From the human T2T-CHM13v2.0 reference genome, Homo sapiens, in assembly GCF_009914755.1 (NCBI RefSeq), contig NC_060929.1: a DNA stretch of 64,000 bases, one strand, 5' to 3'. Position numbers and translations under genes: made by a program. Below are positions 51,150 through 64,000 of the stretch, one piece after another (the stretch's first letter is position 1; every line of letters begins with the position of its first letter). A model generated the notes under the pieces. It saw nothing but the letters and a program-made list of their open reading frames with translations, was not told the DNA's origin and made no database searches.

Positions 51150-51766
51150 ATCTCTCCACAATATCTGTGGGGGATTGGTTTCCAGACCCTGCACCCAAAA
51201 TCCATGGGTGATCAAGTTCCTTATATAAAATGGTATAGAATTTGCATGTAACCTATACATATCCTCCTTTAAATCATGTCTAGATTACTTATAATGCCTA
51301 ATACAATGTAAATGTTATGTAAGTTGGCGTACTATATATCTACATTTGTTTGTTTGAGACAGGGTCTCACTCTGTCGTCCCGGCTGGAGGGCTGTGGCGC
51401 GATCACAGCTCACTGCAACCTCGACCTCCTGGGCTCAAGTGAACCTCCCACTTCAGCCTCCTGAGTAGCCAAGACTACAGGCACACGCCACCATGCCTGG
51501 CTAAAAAAATTTTTTTGGTAGAGATGGGGTCTATGTTGCTTAGGCTGGTCTCAAACTCCCGGGCTCAAGCAATCCTCCTGCCTCAGCCTCCCAAAGTGCT
51601 GTGATTACAGGTGTGAGCCACCATGCTTGGCTTGTCATACTATTTCATTTAGGGAATACAGACAAGAAGAAAAGTCTATACATGTTTAGTACAGATGAAC
51701 CTATTCTTGATCCACAATTGGTTGAATCCATGGATGCAGAACCCAAGAACAGGGAGGGCCCGCTGT
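51150..51766 (+). mobile_element. MER2 (Tigger-derived MITE) interrupted by an AluJ
   Basis: ATCTGTGGGGGATTGGTTTCCAG...CAAGTTCCTTATATAAAATGG...TAGATTACTTATAATGCCTAATACAATGTAAATG...GGTTGAATCCATGGATGCAGAACCC...GCTG-TA. Confidence 0.85.
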
Positions 51767-51768
51767 AG

Positions 51769-51957
<189 letters not shown>

Positions 51958-53096
51958 TAGTAGAGATGGGTTTCACTATGTTGGCAAGGCTGGTCTTGAA
52001 CTCCTGGGTTCCAGTGATCCTCCCTCCTCAACCTCCAAAAGTGCTAGGATTAGAGGTGTGAGCCACCGCACCCAGCCCCAACTGTATATTTAAAGAGACT
52101 CATCAGTTAGAGAGAGACTCAACTGCATCCTAGGGAGCTGACCTAAGAATCACTGTAGCCATATGCAGCACAGGAACCTGAAACTCTAGGCTCAGCTGCA
52201 GCCTTTTCAGTGATGAAGTCAATGCTTAAGTCTAGACTAGTGATGAATAAGGTAGCTGTAAGTAAGAATAGTTCATCACCCACTGCTGGGTTTGCATCCT
52301 CCTCCAAATAGGCCCTCCTTATTTGCTTCCTGTGGCTGCTGTAGCAAATTATCACAAACTGGGAGGCTTAAAACAACAGAAATTTATTCCCTCCCAGTAC
52401 TGGAGTTGAGAAGTCTGAAATCAAGGTGTTGGCAGGGCCACATTTCCTGCCGAGGCTCTGAGAATCCATTCCTTGTGTCCTTCAGCTTCTGGTGGCTGCC
52501 AGCATTCCTTGGCCTGAAGCTGCATCATTCCAGTTTTTGCTTGAACCCAGGAGGCAAAGGTTGCAGTGAGCCGAGATTATGCCACTGCACTAAGAAAAAA
52601 AAAAGAAAAGAATTGGAGATTGACACAGACATAAAAAGGAGGTTTTATCTTACTGGAAAAATTATGGGAGAATTTTGTGATAAAGAGCTTAGAAGGTTTT
52701 GTAAAATAAACTTATCTTTATAAATAACAAGAATGTTTTTAATAGCATGAACTTTCAAATTTCAGAATAATTTTAAAATTTGGCTGTCCTGCTTAATGAC
52801 TAAGATAAGAAGGAAAGGATCTGAGGACTTACTCCATAGAATACTCAATAAATGGTGAGACTTGGCAGCCACCACTTTAACCAAGTACTCAAACTCAGAA
52901 TGTGAATCATGGCACAACCTGACTTTCTGGCCTCCAGATGTACTGTAATATGAAAAACACATAACCGGCCAGGCGAGGTGGCTCACGCCTGTAATCCCAG
53001 CACTCTGGGTGGCCAAGGTGGGCGAATCACTTGAGGTCTGGAGTTCAAGACCAGCCTGGCCAACATGGTGAAACCCCTGTCTCTACTAAAATACTA

Positions 53097-53348
<252 letters not shown>

Positions 53349-53856
53349 TCAGATTAAGCCTCTAAGCCTACCTGCTAGTTTATAGGAAATACAGGGGCTA
53401 AAGGAACAAGCTAATGACACCAAGAGGAATCAGTCAGATAAATCTATAATGAAGGACATTCATTGCATGAAACAATTGTTCTATGGTCTTCCAAAAGGCA
53501 TTGTCATTGGAAAACAAAAAGTACTAGGACCATTCTAGACTAAAGGAGATGGACTATCGAGACCAAACCAGTGGCAATAAGGGAAACCAGATTGGACCCT
53601 TGTTAAACAAACAAAATTATAAAGGTCATGTTTGGGACAATTAGAGAAACTTTAGAGTCTATATATTATTATGGTGTGGAAATCATTTTCAAGGAGATTA
53701 TTCTAACCTTAGGAGATACATGCTAAAGTATTTAGGGGCAAAGATGTTCAAATATATATACTTTGGCGAGGCTCGGTGGCTTGTGCCTGTAATCCCAGCA
53801 CTTTGGGAGGCCAAGGTAGGAGGATCACTTGACCTGAAAAGTTTGAGATCAGCCTA

Positions 53857-57080
<3,224 letters not shown>

Positions 57081-58000
57081 TGATATCATTAAAATAAATA
57101 TGGCTAAATATTAACAATTGTTGAATCTAGGTTGGGCATGCAGGTGTTCATTATATGAATCCTTTAACTTTTCTGAATATTTCAAAATGTTTATAACAAA
57201 AGTTTGGAGAAAAGAACAACTGGTCTTCAAGGCCTTCATTTTAGTGACAATCTGGGTTAAATTGTAAGCAATTTTTATGTGAATATTGTATAAGAAATAC
57301 ATGGTGCTCTATTTTGATTATTTGATTTAACTCGGTGTATATCACTGTTGAGCATATCTGCATGAAGTACTGAAAATGAATTCATTATAACCAAGAAATC
57401 CCGATGTAAGAGCATAGACACACTAACCCTAATGTATGTTTGTTACTGGATTGATTTTTCAGCTATGGTATGAATTTGTCTTTTCCTAAGAAAAGCATTC
57501 ACACACATGTTGCTATTTCAGTGACATAAAGTATCTCCTGGAAAATCATACATTACTCATTCAGCCAAAATTTAGTGACACCCTACTATGTGTCAAGCCC
57601 TGTGTTGGCCTTAGGGATACATCAGTACATGAAATGAGGCCTCTGCCATTGGGAAGCCACAGGCCGCAGACTCTCACATGCCTAAGGACAGCCGTGCCCT
57701 TGCCCATGGAAAAGTGCAGGGTTCTCTGAAGATTTTGCTTGCATGTAACCTAAAAATTATGCATTGCATATCCTCATTTCTTGATGAATACAATTTTATA
57801 TTTTATGTTTAAATGGTGGCAAAAGATGTAATTCCAGTTTAAAAATTGAGATTTTAAAATAAAATTGTTTCATTACTCTTTTTTAAATAGTCATAGTGTA
57901 GTAGCTTTATAATCTGTGTTTGCTAACTTCCATACCTGAGGTCTTTGTGGATGGTTTCTGCTACCTGTTGTGTGTTAGTTCTTGTGCTACGTGTGTGTTG

Positions 58001-58001
<1 letters not shown>

Positions 58002-58047
<46 letters not shown>
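58002..58047 (+). repeat. (CA)23 microsatellite
   Basis: Uninterrupted CA run. Confidence 0.97.
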
Positions 58048-58048
<1 letters not shown>

Positions 58049-59037
58049 CTATCTGTCAAAGAATCTCCACAAATAAATTTCTAGGGACAATGAGTAGCAC
58101 ACAGGTATATTCTTCCACAGAGAATTTGTGTTTGCTTTTGCCAGGTGCTTAGGGGGTCCCAGCAGTCCAAGATTACATCAAACTAAACTCACTGCTTAAG
58201 ATTATTGGATCACTAGGGTATGAATTTGGGGTACAGTCTATGCCAGGGCTGATTCATGGCCATAAATTTTCTGGAACTTTTAAAAAATAAGGCTCAGATA
58301 AGTTTCCTAAAAGTCTCCAGGAGAAGTCAGATTTACTTGGTTCACCATTCCCCTGAGAGAGCAGCTGTGTGGGTCTTGGGCGAGGCTCCTGGTGGAAGGT
58401 CTCTTAACAGATGCCTTCCCTTGGGCAGGCTCTGGGCTTTGACAGTCGTCCTTTTTGCTGCTAGAAACTGTCAAATAGAAGTTCAAGTTTGCCTGGTTCA
58501 GCAAAACAAAAGCAGCCTTCATGTTCCATTTACTTTTTGGTATTCTCTCTTGTCCTTAGATTTTGGCCTGGTAGGCCAGGCATGGTGGCTCATGCCTGTA
58601 ATCCAGCACTTTGGGAGGCTGAGGCGGACGGATCACTGGAGGTCAGGAGTTTGAGACCAGCTTGGCCAACATGGTGAAACCCTGTCTCCACAAAAATTCA
58701 AAGATTAGTCAGGAGTGGTGGCACATGCCTGTAATCCCAGCCACTCAGGAGGCTGAGGCGGGAGAATTGCTTGAACCCAGAAGGCAGAAGTTGCAGTGAG
58801 CAGAGATCACACCACTCCAGCCTTGGCAGCAGAGTGAGGGAGACTCTGTCTCAAAAAAAAAAAAAAAAAAATTTTTGGCCTGGTAGTTACCTTACTATTT
58901 TTGTCAGGCGTTCAGTGCTTTTAGGAATCTGTTTTCTATATTTTATATAGAATTTCCAATTGTTGGTCTAAAAAACCCAGTCTGCCATAGTCTTAGAAAG
59001 GGAAGCGAACATCACCACTTTTCTCAGTACTTTAAAT

Positions 59038-59215
59038 GAGAGGTTCTTTTAACCTAGGATTCATGCATGGAGTTCAAGGCATCTATATACCCCCCTGAAA
59101 TTTCATGCAATGTTTTGTGTTTAACCAATTTTTTCTGGGAACAAAATCCATAGATGTTATCAGATTGTTAAAGGTGCCAGTGATAGAGACACCCTCAAAT
59201 TTGATAACTATTGCT
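59038..59215. mobile_element. hAT-Charlie MITE (MER103-like)
   Basis: GAGGTTCTTTTAACCTAGGATTCATG...ATCCATAGATGTTATCAGATTGTTAAAGG...GATAACTATTG between CTTTAAA/CTTTAGA flanks. Confidence 0.55.
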
Positions 59216-60036
59216 TTAGAGTTCTATCAGTACCTAGTAATTTTAATTAAAAAATGATTTTAGAATGATTTCAAACTCACAGAAAAGTTCCAAGTAGAGT
59301 GCAAGACAATCTCCACATTGTCGTCACCCAGATTCGCCAATGTTAACTCTGCCCTGACCCCACACACAATTAGTCTTTTTCTGAACCATTTGGGAACAAG
59401 CTTCAGACCTGAGTCCACGTTACCCCTAAATGCTATAGTGGGTATTTCCCCAAACAAGGATCTTCCAAATCAAGAAGTTAACATCGCTACAAGACCGTTC
59501 ACAGAATCTATATAAGTTTCAATTTTTCAATTTCAACTGTCCCAAGAATATATTTTTTAAAAAATTGGACTGGGTGCAGTGGCTCATGCCTGTAATCCCA
59601 GCACTTTGGGAGGCCGAGGCGGGTGGATCACGAGGTTAGGAGTTCAAGACCAGCCTGGCCAAGATAGTGAAACCCCATCTCTACTAAAAATACAAAAATT
59701 AGCCAAGCATGGTGGTGGGCACCTGTAATCCCAGCTACTCAGGAGGCTGAGGCAGAGAATTGCTAGAACCCAGGAGGCAGAGGTTGCAGTGAGCTGAGAT
59801 CACGCCACTGCACTCCAGCCTGGGCAACACAGCAAGACTCTGTCTCAAAAAAAAAAAAAAGTGTGTAATATTTACTTCACAGGATTGCTATGGATGTTCA
59901 TTGGACATAATAAGGAGTTTGGTTAGTTGTCATTGTTAGTTTGTTACAGTTACACTGTGTCCCCCTACACTTCCCCTCTTACTCATTGCTTATTGGGGTA
60001 TGGAAAGCCAGCATTGCTATAGCATTCTCGCAGCAC

Positions 60037-60039
<3 letters not shown>

Positions 60040-60079
<40 letters not shown>
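60040..60079 (+). repeat. (AC)20 microsatellite
   Basis: Uninterrupted AC run. Confidence 0.97.
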
Positions 60080-60083
<4 letters not shown>

Positions 60084-60111
60084 CTGGAATCATGGGTATA
60101 CTATGTCTTTA

Positions 60112-60240
<129 letters not shown>

Positions 60241-62879
60241 CTATACCAAAAACAAACAAACAAAAAAACAAACCACAAAAATTAGCTGGGCGTCATATGC
60301 CTGTAGTCCCAGCTACTTGATACTCGGGAAGCTGAGGTGGGAGGATCACTTAAGCCAGGGTGGTGGACTGTTGCAATGAGCCAAGATCATGCCACTGCAC
60401 TCCAGCCTCGGTAACAATGTTTCAAAAAAAAAAAAAGTATTTTTCTTGATTGGACAATGAGAATTCTAATTGTAATGGATATCTATTGTTTGGTCCTCCC
60501 CCTTCTTGTGGGAAACGGTCTTTCTCTACTTCCACAAGGTAGTGTACATTGTTCTTACCTGAAATGGCAGTTACAAGAACATGACAATGTCCATGTTCTT
60601 AAAGATCCTAGATCTTTGGCACAATCATTTGATTCACGGACAGGCAACTAGCTGGACCAATGAACTAGCCTTCCCTGAGAATTTTTAACTTGGGACTAGA
60701 GATCATCATCCTTACCTCGCCTGTCTGATGATGAGGCAGAAGATGAAATGTTGGGAGCTGTCAGTGGCCTTGTTTCCAGACATATGGAGGAAGCTGGTCT
60801 AACAGCATGAAGCCAATGTGCAGAGAGAGTTGCAGAGCTGAGCCACAGGGGCAGAGGCATTCTCGTTCTAGTAGTCCCAGCAGTCCCTCCCCTTCTTGGA
60901 GTCTGTCCATATCAACAGTACATTCCTCCCTTCTGCCTAACAGTTGAGTTCCTGTCAATGGCAACCAAGAGAGGTGTGACTGATTCATGTATTCAAAGGG
61001 CTGTTGTGAGAACTTGTGCCTGACTCACAGTGGGGACTCAACAAATGTTGGTTTATTACTCTTATATTTAACGCCTAAAGTCTGAATGCGAAAAGGTTAG
61101 GGCAATTCCAGAAGGAATTACTATGCAGAAGGGAAAACTGGTTGACAGGTTAACTTTCCTTTGAACATCACAAGGGAAGGCACCTAAAGACAAAAGGAAG
61201 GCTTCCTCCACGCCCCCCATACACACACATTCCCTTCATCCTAACCTGGCTCTGCAGCTCCGAGGGTCACATACCTGCCCTTGGCACTACTAGTACTTCC
61301 TCCAGCAAGTCTCAGTCTTTCTTTCAGAATCCTTCGCCCTTATGCCATGTAACATCTGATCGGCCCGGTCTTTGCCCCTAGTATCAGCAGGCCAATACGT
61401 GCTCTGCTACAGGTCTTACAGGGAGGGTGAGCTCTTGGAGTTGGATCAGAAGGAGAGGGGCTGGGGAAAGATCGTCTTCAAATTGTTTCTTTGGCGGTAG
61501 TATATATAAACATATTTAGGCAGGGCATAGTGGCACATGTCTGTAACCCCAGCACTTTGGGAGGCCGAAGCGTGAGGATCGCTTAAAGACAGGAGTTGAA
61601 AATCATACTGGTCAATATAGTGAGATTGCAGTGAGCCATTATCGCGCCACTGCATTCCTGCCTGGGTGACAGTGCGAGACCCCTTCTCAAAAAAAAAAAA
61701 AAAAAAAAAAAGAAAGAAAAAAATCATAAGCAAACAACAACAAAAAAACAAATATAAAGAATGGCGGTCTGCTTAATTCTCCGTGCCAGCCCTTGAAATC
61801 AGTGGGTATTATTATGTAGAGTTTGAGTTCTTTCCTCCCTTGAGTAACATGAGTGACATCAGTAACATTAGTCAAGCGCTGCTCTTTTTGAAAGACTGTA
61901 TTTCATTATTTTTATTCTAAACCTTACTCTGTTTGATGAAGATTGGGGGAAGAGCCCTCCCAATTCCACCGCTCACACATAACAGCGGTTGCTAGCATTC
62001 TTTATTTGTGCTAGGTCATCTGCATATTGTTTAAACATTTTTCGAGGCTGGAAAGACTGCTCCCACTCAGGCAATTCTGACGTGGCGGCCCTTCTAATTT
62101 ATATTCTCTAAATAATTCTTCATTTAGAGAAAACAGTCAGGGATTACAGTGAGGGAGGGTGACGTGCTGACGGGGACAGAGCTTGGCTTTTGATCATTCT
62201 CCCCTTAGCTCTGCCCAGGCAAGCGTCCCTAACTCAGGGTATCGGAACCGATCTCCCTTAGAGGATTATGTTTCAACCACCAGCCTCAGCGGTTTACTCA
62301 AATGTCCTTCCAGCCAAATGCAGAAGTCTCCCTGGGAGTAATTTTGGTGAAGTCAGCTTTTGCCTTTTTCATCACAGGCAGGCTTTAGTAGTTCCTCAAA
62401 ACGTGCACCACAACTGCCCGGCTGCCAAACAGAAATGCTGATGCCTGGGCCCACTCTAGCCATTTGGCCTCGGCATCACGGTGCGGGAGCGTGGGGCGCA
62501 GACTCGCATTGTCACAGGAACCTCCCGGCCTTCCGAAGAGCCCCGCGCCGGGGCCTTTGTCTCGCACGTCGGCTGGGGCGGGAGCTAGGTTCTCGCAGCC
62601 TCCTCCCACCGCTCTGCGCCTTCTTTGTCCCTCCAGAAGCCGCCATCAAAGCTCAGCTCCTGATTAGGTTTCGGCCCCGCTGGCCGGCGCAGTCTCGGCG
62701 ACTACCCCAGGCGGCCTGGCGCACGCGAGGATTCGCCGCGCCCCAGATGCAGGTGCCTCCCCTCCTTAGCCGCCGACCGACAGTGCACGCCGCGGCCGCC
62801 GGAAGTGACAGCGCCTGTCGTTGGGGAGCTCCCGCCCCTTCCGCCTCGGCGCCCCGCCCAGGCCTCGCCCCTAGGTGTT

Positions 62880-63080
62880 CCCGCCCCTCCCCCTCCCGTG
62901 TCGCTCGCTTTCTGTCAGCCTCTCTCCCTCTCCCTCTCCCCTCTCCTTCCTCTCGCTTCCTCTCTCGCACCTGAGCGTACGCACCTGCCCGGGCCCGGCT
63001 CCCTCCTCCTCTCCCCTCCCTCTTTCCCCGCCCGGCCGCGGGAGCCTCGTGGCTGCGTCACCGCCGCCCCCCCAGACAAG
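62880..63080 (+). other. MARCHF6: MARCHF6 exon 1 5'UTR (pyrimidine-rich; TSS approximate)
   Basis: CT-rich leader with no upstream ATG, leading into ACAAGATGG (strong Kozak context). Confidence 0.7.
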
Positions 63081-63099
63081 ATGGACACCGCGGAGGAAG
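63081..63099 (+). CDS. MARCHF6: MARCHF6 (MARCH6/TEB4) ER E3 ubiquitin ligase, coding part of exon 1
   Basis: AAG ATG GAC ACC GCG GAG GAA G|GTAAGT = MDTAEE-(D), matching the MARCHF6 N-terminus MDTAEEDICRVC. Consensus donor at 63100. MARCHF6 is the known neighbour of CMBL. Confidence 0.95.
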
Positions 63100-64000
63100 G
63101 TAAGTCGGCGACGCGCGGCGCCCGAGCCCTTGCGTCGGCGCCCGGGTTCGTACCCCGGCCAGGTCCGCGGCGCTCGAGGTGGGCTGCTGGATCGCGGCGG
63201 GGCGGACGCCTGGGCCGTTTGTCCACCCGCTGGGCCTCTGGGCCGGGGAGCGGAAGGTGACCCTCTGCGCGCCCCCCGCCGTTTCCCGCCCGCGCCGCCG
63301 AGGGGGGCGGGGACCCTGCCGGGCAGGGGCCGGGGCCGGGGTCGGGGCCTCGGGGCTACTGCAGGCCGGCGTGGCCTCCCTTGTCCCCGCCGTCGCGCGC
63401 TGGCCCAGAAAAGGGGGCCTCTGTCGCTGCCGTCCGGGGGCGTTTTCCGCACCCTTCCCCCACTGGGTTTTGTCTTTCTTTACGTCCTTCTGCCTATTGC
63501 TCGCCAGGCCCTACCCCCTCGCGACAGAACTTCTTTGTTGACTTTGAAACTTCGCGAAAAATACCCCGCCAGATGACGGCCGAGTGGAGTGAGCTGACCC
63601 CTGTTGAAAAGCCTGGTCCTCGGCTTGCCTGCCGCTCGAGAATCTGTTTACTAAACGGGGAGGCTCTTTTGTTGCGATCCATTTGGTTTTAAATCCTTGA
63701 CACCTATAAGCAGGGTTCTGTTTGTTTTGTTTTGCGATTGCTTGTGTTTTGGATACGGTTACATTGAACAAACTGACCCTTGTAAAATGAATACTTAAGA
63801 TATAAACGTCCACACCTTATGTCTCTTCAAACGCATTTTCTTACCCACTGAAGGTAGTAGATTATTTTTAACCAGCTGTGTTTTTAAATGAGTGGTGAGT
63901 TTATAGAGGAAATTACTAAATTTTGCTTTTTTTGATGTTCCGGTTATCGTGCAAATGCTTTTCTACTTTAGGTATATTTATGGGGGTATGAGCGTCTTTC

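Larger units (their letters stand above)
62400..63660. promoter_or_regulatory. MARCHF6: MARCHF6 CpG-island promoter
   Basis: CpG-dense region with ETS/GABP motif CCGGAAGTG at 62799-62807, several GC boxes (CCCGCCCC) and no TATA box; surrounds exon 1. Confidence 0.9.

Noticed and set aside
62360-63692. Multiple 100-233 aa ORFs over the MARCHF6 island
   Set aside because: CpG-island artefacts. Only 63081-63099 is coding, ended by a consensus donor.

Overview
Human (primate) genomic DNA, very Alu- and LTR-dense, recognisable as the CMBL-MARCHF6 interval. The left end holds the first coding exon of CMBL on the minus strand (MANEAYPCPCDIGHRLEYGGL..., running off the window). Its non-coding first exon and CpG-island promoter lie at ~16.8-17.4 kb. 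The right end holds the CpG-island promoter and exon 1 of MARCHF6 (MDTAEE + GT donor) on the plus strand, so the two genes diverge ~46 kb apart. Between and within them are about 55 Alus, two Y1 RNA retrocopies, a nested near-complete MLT1 provirus, solo LTRs (MER4, MER50, MER61, MER74, MER90, MLT2A1), Tigger MITEs (MER82, MER2), an orphan CpG island at ~42.3-43.3 kb and a 3 kb AT-rich compound minisatellite bracketed by inverted repeats. Almost all listed ORFs are repeat-derived or GC-rich noise. I see no evidence of a new gene system. The most noteworthy items are structural and regulatory: a TSD-flanked local copy of the CMBL promoter segment, a long inverted repeat with a perfect 45-bp core, a PATRR-like array, a near-zero-spacer inverted Alu pair, a candidate p53 element, an ARE/nuclear-receptor motif cluster and an MLT2A1 LTR with an intact splice donor. 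Repeat subfamily names are assigned from memory of consensus sequences, and repeat boundaries are approximate.
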